Shown piece after piece: positions 18,873 to 28,869 of a stretch of 64,000 bases of DNA (positions within the stretch are counted from its first letter, which is position 1; every line of letters begins with the position of its first letter). The stretch lies in assembly GCA_963720465.1 (NCBI GenBank), contig OY970393.1, forward strand, positions 1,760,001 through 1,824,000, read 5' to 3'. A program made the translations under genes and the position numbers. The notes below the pieces were generated by a model. That model worked only from the letters and a program-made list of their open reading frames with translations, made no database searches and was not told where the DNA came from. The stretch is from Methanobacteriota archaeon. Its GTDB lineage: Archaea > Halobacteriota > Bog-38 > Methanoflorentales > Methanoflorentaceae.

Positions 18873-19360
18873 TCACAGAAGGATGCTTGGTGAAAAGTAA
18901 GGAAATCCGTGGGACGGTCGGCGCGGTCATCCCGTATAATAAGTGCGTGTGTGCGCTAACTGCAGGTCACGTCATTGGCTACGGCCACGGGGCGGTCGGC
19001 ACGAAAGTTGTCGTGGACGGGCACGATGGCACCGTCGTTCACCTGCTCAATGACTACGATCTAGCGCTAATCGATGTCCCTCCTGAGCACGCGACGTTCT
19101 CTGCAATAGGGCGTGCCCGTTTCGGGCCGGCGGAGCTCATCACGTATGATCGGCGCATCGAATGCCGAGTTGTCGACACCGGGCGAAACCTCAACCGGTT
19201 CGCATTTCCATGCGCGGATATGCCGCTGCCAGGAGACAGCGGAGCGCCGATCGTGCAGGAGGGGAAGGTCATCGCGCTACTTTCATCAATCTTGTATAAC
19301 AACTGCACCGGTCTCGGCATATCCTCTGAGGTCTTCGGCAATCCCTCGCGTTTGAAATAG
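18869..19360 (+). CDS. Small trypsin-like serine protease
   Basis: TAGHV, DLALI and GDSGAP triad motifs; GTGA overlap with the upstream gene. Confidence 0.8.
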   Translation: MITEGCLVKSKEIRGTVGAVIPYNKCVCALTAGHVIGYGHGAVGTKVVVDGHDGTVVHLLNDYDLALIDVPPEHATFSAIGRARFGPAELITYDRRIECRVVDTGRNLNRFAFPCADMPLPGDSGAPIVQEGKVIALLSSILYNNCTGLGISSEVFGNPSRLK

Positions 19361-19374
19361 CCAAGTGAAGCGCA

Positions 19375-20349
19375 CTACACCTTCGGCCCAGAAGCAGCTA
19401 AGTGCTCGTATCCTTCGGCCTCGAGCTCCTGCACGACTCCGTCCACGTCTAGCTGCATCCCAAACTCGATAACTGAGCCGATTATGGTGTAAGGAATCGG
19501 GATGGCCTCAAGTCGCTCGCGTTTCGCTGTGAACAACAGTTCATAATCACCGCCTCGGTATATTGCGAGCGTTAACTCGTCAGACCGGTCGCGGCTCACC
19601 GATTTTGCGGCGTCACTCACGGGCAGATCAGCTGCGTGTAGGCAAAAGCCGCAATTGCTTGCCGTCGACAGCTCATACAAGGAGAGACTGAGCCCGTCGC
19701 TCGTGTCGATGAGAGCGGTCACCGCACCAGAGGCGGCGAGCGCTTGGCCGTACGCAATTCTTGGCTGGGGCTCGAACAGTTTTTTAAGGGCACGTTCGCG
19801 CAAGGGGTGGTCTGCGTAGCTACTGTCGAGCAACATCCGCACGCCTGCGGCAGCGAGGCCTAGTCCGCCTGTGACGCAAACAGCGTTCCCGAGTTTCGCG
19901 CCGGCTCGCGTCAGCATCTTGTCCTGCTGCACACGGCCTATGGCGGTGCCCACGAGCGTGAGTTCATCATGCTCATCTGTGTCGCCGCCGATAAGCATGG
20001 TTCCATTTTGCGTGCAGCACGCGTTGCAGCCACGCACGAGGTCAAGCGCAAATGCCACGTCCGCCTCGCGCGGAATTCCCACGGCCATCGTCACGCCAAG
20101 GGGGTCTGCACCCATCGCGGCGATATCGCTCAAGGTTGCGGCGGTGGACATCCACCCGATCTGATACCCAGTCATCTCGCGTGGGAAGTGCGTTTTTTTG
20201 TGCAACATATCGGTCGTGACGACCACAAAATGCTCATCGAAAGCTATTGCCGAACAATCGTCCGCGCCAGGACAAAGCACTGCCGTGCAGTCGATAAGTT
20301 CAGCTAACTGCTTCACGAGCGCCCGCTCACCAAGTTCGCCGACTTTCAC
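19375..20349 (-). CDS. thiL: Thiamine-monophosphate kinase
   Basis: ADDCS, SDIAAMG, GGDT, IDTSDGL and GGDYELLFT. Confidence 0.92.
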   Translation of the reverse strand: MKVGELGERALVKQLAELIDCTAVLCPGADDCSAIAFDEHFVVVTTDMLHKKTHFPREMTGYQIGWMSTAATLSDIAAMGADPLGVTMAVGIPREADVAFALDLVRGCNACCTQNGTMLIGGDTDEHDELTLVGTAIGRVQQDKMLTRAGAKLGNAVCVTGGLGLAAAGVRMLLDSSYADHPLRERALKKLFEPQPRIAYGQALAASGAVTALIDTSDGLSLSLYELSTASNCGFCLHAADLPVSDAAKSVSRDRSDELTLAIYRGGDYELLFTAKRERLEAIPIPYTIIGSVIEFGMQLDVDGVVQELEAEGYEHLAASGPKV

Positions 20350-20424
20350 GCTTTATCACGTGAGCTTTTATAGCCAATAAGCGCTTCTACTCTTCTACGC
20401 AGTGGCGCTCTCAAGTTGATTTGT

Positions 20425-21285
20425 ATGCAGGTGTTCCCCGAATGCATCCCGTGCCTGACATCGCGGGTATTGTACGAGGCAAAGCTGTCAAGCACTGATC
20501 TCTCGACGCAGCTCAAAGCGGAAGAAGCGGCAGCGAAAACGATGTGTCGGGTGGGCTTCGAAGGCCCTATAGCGCTTCTTTCGACTGAGGTCCACAGGGC
20601 GGTGTACCGGGTACTTGGCGATGATGATCCCTACCGACACGTGAAACGACTCGCCAACGAGACCGCAGTAAAACTCTTGCCCACAGTGCAATCACTGATC
20701 CAAACGAGCAGTGATCCCTTTCGCAGCGCCGTAATCGCGGCAATTATTGGAAACACTTTCGATTTCGGCGTGCTCGGTTTTGAAGTGGTAACGGATAATT
20801 TTGAAAAGGAAGTCGCCACAATCTACCGACACGGGCTGGACATCGATGATACTGACGCGATCAAGCCACTCCTCAAAGACGTCGTTTACGTGGCTGATAA
20901 CGTCGGCGAGATCGTGTACGACGGATTGCTCATAGAACAAATGCGCAAGCTAGGGGCGCACGTCACCCTCGTCGTCCGCGGGGGACCCATCCTCACCGAT
21001 GCTACGATCGAAGACGTCTGGGAGTCCGGACTGGACAAGGTGGCCGATAGGGTCGTCACGACGGGTTCAAACGCGATCGGCATAAAACTCGACGAAATTC
21101 CGGCCACGTTAAGGGACATGTTGCCTCGTGCTTCGCTTATTATTGCCAAGGGGATGGCTAATTACGAAATGTTGTCAGAATATTCCTTCAAACCCGTCGC
21201 TTACTTGATGCGCGTGAAGTGCGCGCCTGTTGCAGAATCGGTGGAAGCTCGTGTGGGTGATTTCATTGCGAAGCTCGTGACATAA
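20425..21285 (+). CDS. ARMT1/DUF89 damage-control phosphatase
   Basis: ECIPC, DPY..K, GNTFD, DNVGE and KGMANYE. Confidence 0.9.
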   Translation: MQVFPECIPCLTSRVLYEAKLSSTDLSTQLKAEEAAAKTMCRVGFEGPIALLSTEVHRAVYRVLGDDDPYRHVKRLANETAVKLLPTVQSLIQTSSDPFRSAVIAAIIGNTFDFGVLGFEVVTDNFEKEVATIYRHGLDIDDTDAIKPLLKDVVYVADNVGEIVYDGLLIEQMRKLGAHVTLVVRGGPILTDATIEDVWESGLDKVADRVVTTGSNAIGIKLDEIPATLRDMLPRASLIIAKGMANYEMLSEYSFKPVAYLMRVKCAPVAESVEARVGDFIAKLVT

Positions 21286-21290
21286 AGGCT

Positions 21291-22097
21291 CTAGCGCACG
21301 ACGATGAAAGCAACCACGAGGAAAGCAACCGCGTTATTGAGCATGTGCAAGGCGATAGGGGCCATCAAATTGTCGGTCTTCTCGTACACGTACGCCAGTA
21401 CAATGCCGATCACGAACAGCTGAACGGCGGCGAGCGGTTCTAAATGGATGGCCGAAAAGAGTGCAGCGCTCATTACGATAGCATACCACGGCTTAAAGCG
21501 GTCTCTAAAAGCTTTGTAGAGGTACCCTCGGAACACGATTTCTTCGCATATAGGGGCGATAATGACCCCGGACAAGAGAACGAGGGGCAACAGCCCCGAT
21601 ACGGTCGCTGACTGTGACAATGCCTGCTGCGTTACGTCAACGCCGAAGTATTGCTCGATCGGGTAGCCGACGATAGCTGCAACGACAAACGCAACAACGA
21701 ATCCCACTACTCCATAAAGAAGCGCTTTCGGCAATTTCTTCGTCTTCAATCCGAGCGAAGAGAGCTTCTCTTTGTAGAAACTGAGGACAAGTGCTACGAT
21801 GAGTGCAACGGAAACGATGTCCGCGACGATCAGCAACCAAAAGGTCACCGCGGTGAAAGCTCCTGAAGCTGTAGCGAGCACTTCGCTGGAAGAAATTACG
21901 CCCGCACGAACAAGAATCGGGGTTAAGAACAGCGACACGCTGAACTGACCTACGAGATAGAGCAATAACCCCAATATGATAGACCATTTCTTACGCAGTG
22001 GCGTGCGAGACACATAAATGTCGTATGGGCTTGTAGGATGGAACTCATCCCAGTCGATGGCTTCGAGCGACTTGTCGTTTTCGTTACCGGTGGGCAT
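21291..22097 (-). CDS. CPBP (CAAX/Abi) intramembrane metalloprotease
   Basis: EEIVFRG, FSAIH and LHMLNN. Confidence 0.9.
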   Translation of the reverse strand: MPTGNENDKSLEAIDWDEFHPTSPYDIYVSRTPLRKKWSIILGLLLYLVGQFSVSLFLTPILVRAGVISSSEVLATASGAFTAVTFWLLIVADIVSVALIVALVLSFYKEKLSSLGLKTKKLPKALLYGVVGFVVAFVVAAIVGYPIEQYFGVDVTQQALSQSATVSGLLPLVLLSGVIIAPICEEIVFRGYLYKAFRDRFKPWYAIVMSAALFSAIHLEPLAAVQLFVIGIVLAYVYEKTDNLMAPIALHMLNNAVAFLVVAFIVVR

Positions 22098-22275
22098 CGT
22101 GTTCTGTTCCTGCTAACGTGGCTGCCTCATTATAAACCCTTTCCCAGCGCACGGCGCGACGCCCCTTGACGCGCAAAAGCGGTGAGCAAAGAGTCCAAAG
22201 CGACCGACGGTATGTTTATGAACTCAAGCGTGCATATTATTTTTGTATAAATCGACAATAAGGTGATTACTACAT

Positions 22276-23163
22276 ATGAAAGGTAAGTGGGGCAGTGACG
22301 TCGGGCTTTCAGCCCGCATGCTGCTGACCATGATTTTGCTTGGGCTTGTGTACGTAGCGTTTATAGGCATCATCTTGGTCTTCGTGCAAAACATCGCGAT
22401 CATAGTCGTTTTTGTGGCACTGTTTCTGGGAGCGCAGTACTATTTCTCAGACCGAGTCGTGCTCGCTGCGAGCGGAGCGCACATCGTCAGTGAGGACGAA
22501 GCTCCCGAGCTCCACAGCGCGATCGAACGCCTGTGCGCCATGGCGGACCTTCCAAAGCCGAAGGTAGCTATCGCAAACAGCGCAGTCCCGAACGCCTTTG
22601 CGACCGGGCGCAGTCAGAACCACGCGGTGGTAGCCGTTACGAGTTCACTCCTCCAACGACTTGAGGAGCCGGAAGTGGAGGCTGTGCTTGCGCACGAGTT
22701 GTCACACGTCAAGAACAGAGATATGCTCGTTATGACTATCGCGAGCTTCGTCACGACGATTGCGGGTTTCCTCATGCGCTTCTGGTTCTTCATGGGCGTA
22801 GGTGGCGGCCGGAGGGACAACAACATCTTTCTTTTCTTCATCGCGCTCGCGGCGATATGGATCGTTAGTTTCCTCATCACGCGGGCGCTCTCGCGCTACC
22901 GCGAGTACGCGGCCGATCGAGGCTCTGCCATCATCACAGCGCACCCGGCAAACCTCGCCAGTGCGCTGCTCAAAATAAGTGGCTACATCGAACGCGTTCC
23001 AACGGAGGATATCCGCAAAGTTGAGGGTATAAGCCAGTTCTTCATCATACCTGCAATATCGAGAGGCTCTGCACTAAACCTCCTATCGACTCATCCGCCC
23101 ATTGAAAAGCGGATCGAGCGACTGCGGCAGATGGAGACGGAACTTGCAGGACAGAGTGGCTAA
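22276..23163 (+). CDS. htpX: Zinc metalloprotease HtpX
   Basis: PNAFATG, AHELSH, SRYREYAAD and STHPP. Confidence 0.95.
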   Translation: MKGKWGSDVGLSARMLLTMILLGLVYVAFIGIILVFVQNIAIIVVFVALFLGAQYYFSDRVVLAASGAHIVSEDEAPELHSAIERLCAMADLPKPKVAIANSAVPNAFATGRSQNHAVVAVTSSLLQRLEEPEVEAVLAHELSHVKNRDMLVMTIASFVTTIAGFLMRFWFFMGVGGGRRDNNIFLFFIALAAIWIVSFLITRALSRYREYAADRGSAIITAHPANLASALLKISGYIERVPTEDIRKVEGISQFFIIPAISRGSALNLLSTHPPIEKRIERLRQMETELAGQSG

Positions 23164-23176
23164 GGGCGTGCGAGCT

Positions 23177-23917
23177 TCAGCGACGATCCGGGCCAACGCG
23201 GCTGAGCTCGACGATTTCTAGAATCTCTGCCATATCGCGTATTTCGAAGTCCGGGCGTATTTCGGGCTTTGGAATGCGCTGCTTTTTATTGTACCAGATA
23301 GCCGTCAACCCTGCCTTTTTTGCTCCCAAAATATCAGAAGTGATCGTATCCCCGACGAAGGCCGTTGCTTCCCGTCCTATGTCCATCTTGCGTATGGCCT
23401 CGTTGAATAGTCGCGAATGTGGTTTGTAGACTTGAAGTTCTTCAGAGGTGACGATCACGTCAAAAAGGTCAGAGACCCCGTTGAGATGGGCCGACAACTC
23501 CTCGGCGTCTCCGTTTGAAACCATTCCGAGCCTGCATCCGTTTGTGCAAAGTATTTCGAGCGTCTTTTTGACGTTCGGAAGAATGGTAACAGCTTCGTCG
23601 AGCATTTTCTTGAAGATGCGGTTCAGCTCTTCAACGTAAGCGTCCGGCACGTCTATCCCGTAACGCTGAAAGACGTTTTTTGCGCTAATTCCATAAAGAT
23701 CGCGCATATTTCTAAACTCGCCACAGTACGCGATCACGTCGCGGAATGCGCACTCAAACTCTTCGCTCCAGAAGGCGTTGAACTCTTCAACCGATGTGGT
23801 AATGCCGAAGAACGTATTTGATTGCTGGACGACGTGTTTCGTTATGTCCCGGTGGTACGTGCCGACATCGAGCACGGTGCCATAGGCGTCAAAGAGGACT
23901 GCTTCTGTCCCAATCAT
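23177..23917 (-). CDS. HAD-superfamily hydrolase
   Basis: FDAYGT, VSNG, KP and VGDTITSDI. Confidence 0.9.
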   Translation of the reverse strand: MIGTEAVLFDAYGTVLDVGTYHRDITKHVVQQSNTFFGITTSVEEFNAFWSEEFECAFRDVIAYCGEFRNMRDLYGISAKNVFQRYGIDVPDAYVEELNRIFKKMLDEAVTILPNVKKTLEILCTNGCRLGMVSNGDAEELSAHLNGVSDLFDVIVTSEELQVYKPHSRLFNEAIRKMDIGREATAFVGDTITSDILGAKKAGLTAIWYNKKQRIPKPEIRPDFEIRDMAEILEIVELSRVGPDRR

Positions 23918-24620
23918 CAGCTAAATGTTTGCGTGGAAAGGTAAATACCTGTTTGTGAGGCGAAAAGGCCGGCCATCCGTTCTACTGTTAGAACTGTAAT
24001 TCTGCTGTAATTCTGTTTCCCATCTACGTGGAAGCGGCGGTGATCTTCGACGGCGGCAGATAACGTGAGCGTCGCTGATGCGGTGCACGAGGAGAATGTA
24101 TAGAAACAGCGGCTTATGACTTCGTTGCTAATCTTTCACTTCGTGAACTTCACACGAGCGCTGGGCAAATCGTTTACACGTGTGCTTTCTTCATCTGGAG
24201 TCGCACCGCGCTTTTTTTTGCACAACGCACGGGGCCAGTGAAAAGTCTCGCAAACAAAGACTAAAAAACAGAAAGGGGGTGAAAAACGGCCGGATCGCGC
24301 ATCCAAGCCGTTTGGCCCAGCAAGATGACGAACCGAGAGCTTTTCTTGCCGACCGAGGCAGGCCCGCATCTTTGGACGCACAGCCACAACCGAGTTGTGA
24401 CTAGCTCTCATTCTGTGTGCAAACGCTTAAGCGTGTCGTAAGGAAAGTATAGAGACTACGGCTAGCTGAACGAAGACGTCAGACGCCGATATTGCGGCGT
24501 GATCAGCCGTGCGGACAAGCTTTGGCGCGCGAGACGCTGCTCGGGAGGTCTATATAGAGTATGAGGGATGCGTTGACATAGATCTCTCTCCTCTATTGAC
24601 TATGGAGGTGAGAGAGAAAG

Positions 24621-24839
24621 ATGCAAGCGAAAGAGAAACTGGAGAAACCCCTCAAGTGGTTTATCCTGCCGAACGAATCGTACAAGTGGGACTTCATCCT
24701 TGAGAAGTACGTTGTTGAGGATTCTCAGCAGGAGGTCGCTACCGAAAGCGTCATGACTCAACGGCTTGATGATGGGTTTGACAAGGACTATATCGTCACG
24801 CACAAGAGACGAAAACAACGAGACCGCTACTACTATTGA
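24621..24839 (+). CDS. Small hypothetical protein (72 aa)
   Basis: TATA at 24549-24556, GGAGGTGA SD, T-tracts downstream. Confidence 0.65.
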   Translation: MQAKEKLEKPLKWFILPNESYKWDFILEKYVVEDSQQEVATESVMTQRLDDGFDKDYIVTHKRRKQRDRYYY

Positions 24840-25021
24840 GCGGTAGAGCTCTACGCTTATTTTTGCGCAACGTACTCATTTTTTTGTCTTGAGCAGGCGA
24901 GAGCGCATCGGATGGCACGCCCTTTCGCCCAGTCAATTCACGCCGGCCGTTCTTCTTTGCATTTTTTTAACACCAAAAATACGCTTCTTCAAGCGAACCA
25001 TTGGCACAGGCACCAAGATGG

Positions 25022-25162
25022 TCACGAGTTCGAGTTGCTTTTAACGAGTATATTCACTCGTGCGCACTGGATGCAGTACAGTTCGTGACGACTGAGCACC
25101 CACCCGTTGGTCAGGACATTATCGCCACAGACTGAACAGCGCGGTCTATCGGTCTTCATCAT
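25022..25162 (-). CDS. Small zinc-finger-like protein
   Basis: CSVCG and YCIQCA; follows the 25185-25367 ORF. Confidence 0.5.
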   Translation of the reverse strand: MMKTDRPRCSVCGDNVLTNGWVLSRHELYCIQCARVNILVKSNSNS

Positions 25163-25184
25163 CGTCACGATTCGTTGCAAAGCA

Positions 25185-25367
25185 TTAATGAAAAAAGGTG
25201 GTTGGAAGGAACCCACTAAGGATCGACACGGCGAAGCTAATATCTTCGAGGGCGCGTTCAAGATAATAGACGCACGCTTCGTCCTTCACCCTCAGACACT
25301 CTTTCGAGCATTCCCCATACAGGTGGTCGTAGCAGTTCACCACTTTTTCAACTTGGTCGGTGTGTAT
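25185..25367 (-). CDS. Small Cys-containing protein (60 aa), likely ATA start; absent from the ORF track
   Basis: GGAAAC-ATATAT promoter; AGGAGGTGA + 6 nt + ATA; HTDQVEKVVNCYDHLYGECSKECLRVKDEACVYYLERALEDISFAVSILSGFLPTTFFH. Confidence 0.55.
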   Translation of the reverse strand: MHTDQVEKVVNCYDHLYGECSKECLRVKDEACVYYLERALEDISFAVSILSGFLPTTFFH

Positions 25368-25454
25368 CGCGCATCACCTCCTTGAGCGAGGCTTGCGTCA
25401 GACCGCCGATATATGTTTCCTCTGTGCTCTCCCAAGTCACACTTCCTCTCCCGA

Positions 25455-25515
25455 GTTGACACGGCGCGTTGACACGGCGCGTTGACACGGCGCGTTGACA
25501 CGGCGCGTTGACACG
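25455..25515. repeat. Perfect 13-bp tandem repeat (GTTGACACGGCGC), 4.7 copies
   Basis: Four full units plus GTTGACACG, no spacers. Confidence 0.95.
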
Positions 25516-26369
25516 CAGACCGGTGGGCGCAGGCTGAAAAGCGGCATCGAAAAACGGTTTGTCAGTGGTGAGCGCGGTGAAAAATGGTCAGCAGCACAAA
25601 GACGGAGAAGTCAATTTGCTGTTATACGCTCACCACAGGGAGACGAAATGAAGTTGACAGTCGCCCATAAACACAGGCTCGATCCTGATTGCAAGGGAGA
25701 ACGGCAGAGCACAGCACGGTTGAGCGTGGTTCCATTCTCCCGACCTTTTCCCGAGCAGGTTTTCTTACACGACCATATGATTGTTTGCGTCATGCCAAAA
25801 GTAGTCACTGCACAGAGAATACAGAATCTCTATATTTGTTCTGCACTCGTCTTGGCGGTCTTCTCTGTTCGATACTAGCTGTTTCCGAAAGCTAAGGCTC
25901 AGAGCAGACACAGGCAGCAACGCGCGTATGTACTTGCCAGAAATCGCCACTGCCGCGAAAGGAGACTCTATTCTCTCTCGAGAATAAGGTAAAGCAGTCG
26001 AAGCGCTCCTGGAATATCGAGTGGAGAAAGAAATGCGTCTTGGCCCATATTAGTGAGATTGTCCACGGCGCTCTCTTGTCGAAGGCAAAAATAATGCGCG
26101 ATACAATAACGGAGAGCCCGAGCCACAACCGATTGGCGCTGAAACAGCGAAATGCGAAGGATGCAAAGACAAGCGTTGTGGAGTGCTACACTGGCAGTCT
26201 GAATGGTGCTGGGGGCGACGATTCTGTTGGCGCCGTATCAGTAGGGCAGACCTTTGAGACTCAGTGCTATCCCTCGCAAACTCTCTCATTATATTCTGAC
26301 TCGAACAACAAAAAAAGGTGCTAAAGAGATGCGCGTCTACAAAGGTTGGTCTGCTACCTCGGAGGCATA

Positions 26370-26531
26370 ATGTCAGATCTTCTTGCAGTATTCTCCATTA
26401 TCGCAATCTCGCTTGCAGCGATCACTATTGCTATCCACTTGCTTCCATTGCTCATCCTAGCCGCACTTGTGCTGCTTGCGGTATCGAGTTCATTCTTGCG
26501 AAACCGTCCACAAAGATCTCTCTTGCATTAG
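26370..26531 (+). CDS. Small hydrophobic membrane peptide (53 aa)
   Basis: GGAGG SD; ~35-aa hydrophobic stretch with a basic tail. Confidence 0.55.
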   Translation: MSDLLAVFSIIAISLAAITIAIHLLPLLILAALVLLAVSSSFLRNRPQRSLLH

Positions 26532-26805
26532 TTCGACCATTTTCCGCTTCTTGTCGGTCGCATTCTCCGTCTGTTCATATTACAAGCGACCGTTTCTTGC
26601 ATATGCTCTAGTGAAGTGCCAAAAGTGCGTCTAAAAGAGTGGAGAAGAAGACGTGACCCCCTTGGGGAGGTACGAGCAGCTTAATAGCAACTCTCGCATG
26701 AACAGAGGCACTGATCTGGGATGTACGCGCGCCTGGGGCCGTCACTTCACGCACAATGGATGGGGCATTTTTATCTACTGATGGGGCAACATACGAAGCA
26801 AATTG

Positions 26806-27054
26806 ATGAATGCTGATGAGAAACACGTAAAGAGGGTAAAAATTCGTTTGCACGAGCTGCGGGAAGCGTCGGATGCGGCCGAGCTCGATAAGTTCCTTGC
26901 GCGGCGAAAAGGAATCATCAATGTCGAGGTGATCCCTGATTTTTTCACCGTCACGGTGACGTACGATGAGCGCCTAACGACACCAAGGCAGATCATTGCC
27001 GATTTAAGCAGCATCCGTTTTACCCCGGAAGGCTCAATTCTACTCACTGACTAG
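26806..27054 (+). CDS. HMA-like fold protein lacking CxxC
   Basis: KGIINVEV.....VTVTYD.......II..L pattern of HMA domains. Confidence 0.55.
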   Translation: MNADEKHVKRVKIRLHELREASDAAELDKFLARRKGIINVEVIPDFFTVTVTYDERLTTPRQIIADLSSIRFTPEGSILLTD

Positions 27055-27160
27055 AGTGCTGGAGGTATCAATGAATCGTCAACAACCACGCATGCAGCGC
27101 TGGATCGGCTCACGTAGCTCGACCGCCTCTTTCACGTCTCACGCTAACGGTTGAAATGCC

Positions 27161-27718
27161 ATGGGGTTTCTGGACGCACTGCTCGGAAGGACGAAAGGCA
27201 TCGCGCCTAAGGTCAATAGCCTTTTTTCAATGGCGACCGCCTACATCACGCTGAGCACACAGTTTAGCGTACAACCAACGGGCAAAGCTGGCATCTGTTT
27301 CAAGCCCGTTGAATCGGGCGGCTTTTCGAAGTGTGAGAGCGAGATTGAGGAGCTGCTGAAAATCAGCGAGACCACTTTTGAGATCAAGCAGGACGAGTTT
27401 GGTTACGTCTGGGTCATCGTATCCGACGCACAATTTGAGAACGTTGTCTCAGACCTCCACGCGGTGAGCTCGACGCTTATCGACGGCGGATACGGTGAGC
27501 AGATCCTGTGCGCGGTGTTTCCATTTAGAAATGAAAAAAGGATTTTTTGGATCTATAACTACAAGCGCGGCCTTTTTTATCCATTTGTGCTTGCTGACGC
27601 GAAGCAGCATAAGCGCGACTACGCGTATGAGTTCCGGCTTCGGTCGGTTATGCAATCAGAGCTCCCGATAGAGCAAGAGCTGGAGCGCTGGTACCCGCTC
27701 TGGGACGTGCCGCTTTAG
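27161..27718 (+). CDS. pspAB: PspA-associated protein PspAB
   Basis: MGFLDALLGR, DEFGYVW, YNYKRG.FYPF and ELERWYPLW. Confidence 0.85.
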   Translation: MGFLDALLGRTKGIAPKVNSLFSMATAYITLSTQFSVQPTGKAGICFKPVESGGFSKCESEIEELLKISETTFEIKQDEFGYVWVIVSDAQFENVVSDLHAVSSTLIDGGYGEQILCAVFPFRNEKRIFWIYNYKRGLFYPFVLADAKQHKRDYAYEFRLRSVMQSELPIEQELERWYPLWDVPL

Positions 27719-27726
27719 TGGGACGG

Positions 27727-28005
27727 TCACCCTGGGATGACGCCCTCCTTTGTGAATAACTTTCGCGCTTCGTCCGGCGTTATGTCAGGTGAAGGAACGA
27801 TCAGATCTGAGGCACGTATTTCAGCGGGATCGAGAGGTGTGCCCTTCTCTCGGATGATGTGTATCATCTCGTGCAAGCAGCCGTTGAAGTCGTCGACTTG
27901 CTCATGGCCGAGGTGATCGACCATGCAGACGTCGAGTTCATTCAGCTTATCGAGATATTTGCTATCGAGCACGTACTGGTTCTCACCAAGGATACGCACG
28001 ATCAT
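27727..28005 (-). CDS. pspAA: PspA-associated protein PspAA
   Basis: MIVRILGENQY, LNELD, SDLIVP and EGVIPG. Confidence 0.88.
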   Translation of the reverse strand: MIVRILGENQYVLDSKYLDKLNELDVCMVDHLGHEQVDDFNGCLHEMIHIIREKGTPLDPAEIRASDLIVPSPDITPDEARKLFTKEGVIPG

Positions 28006-28742
28006 TGCTGCGCCTCCTGTGCTTCCTCTTTTTCCGCCTTCTTCTTAACGGGAACCTGTTGCTTTAAGATCTTGAGCTCTTGATCGACCTCATCACTCGA
28101 CTTGATCTTCCCCAGTTCCTCTTCGACCTTTGTCTGGTCGCTCGTCACATCCTGGAGCGTACCTGCGTCAATAAGCTCGTCGAGCGCCTGTGACCGCGCT
28201 TTCATCGTTTCCGTCTTATCCTGGGCACGCTGAACGGACATTCCTACGTCGGCCATTTCCTCGGAGATTCCCGTAACGGATTCCGTGATCTTGACCTGCG
28301 CTTCGGCCGCGGAGTACTGCGCCTTGATGGTCTCCTTCTTCGTTCTAAACGCTTCGACTTTAGCAGAGAGCCGCGTTTCCGTGTTTATGAGCTTTGCCTG
28401 CTCATTTTCGAGATCGGCAATCTGTGCGGTGAGTGACTCGATCTGCGTCATGTTATCTTTTTTCCGCTCGAGCGCAAGGCGCGCAAGATCGTCGCGACCA
28501 AGGCTTACCGCTTCCCGCGCCTGATTGTTAAGATCTTCGATGTTTGATTCAAGTTTGGCTTTCTGAAGTTCGAGTCGCTTCTTAGCGGTAACGACGTCGG
28601 CGATCCCCCGCTTCACATTGGTGAGCAGCTCGAGCTGCTTTTGGTAGGAGTAATCAAGCGTTTCGCGTGGATCTTCGTGTCTATCAAGAAACGAACTGAT
28701 TTTTGCCTTAATCATCGTCGTGAGACGATCTAGTATCCCCAT
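28002..28742 (-). CDS. pspA: PspA/IM30 family protein
   Basis: EDPRETLDYSY, REDLAR-like segment, long coiled coil. Confidence 0.92.
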   Translation of the reverse strand: MGILDRLTTMIKAKISSFLDRHEDPRETLDYSYQKQLELLTNVKRGIADVVTAKKRLELQKAKLESNIEDLNNQAREAVSLGRDDLARLALERKKDNMTQIESLTAQIADLENEQAKLINTETRLSAKVEAFRTKKETIKAQYSAAEAQVKITESVTGISEEMADVGMSVQRAQDKTETMKARSQALDELIDAGTLQDVTSDQTKVEEELGKIKSSDEVDQELKILKQQVPVKKKAEKEEAQEAQQ

Positions 28743-28869
28743 GTCTTTCCTCCTAATGATAGGTGGTGGCGTATTCTGTATAGTCTAAACGTCAATGGTA
28801 TTCCTTAACTAAATAGCTTCGTCGCTCAACATGCGCGATGAAATCGAAACGGCTAAACGCAAGCGATTC

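Noticed and set aside
23994-24015. CTGTAATTCTG direct duplication
   Set aside because: Only two copies with no supporting context; likely slippage.
25455-25515. CRISPR array
   Set aside because: 13-bp units with no spacers; no cas genes in the window.
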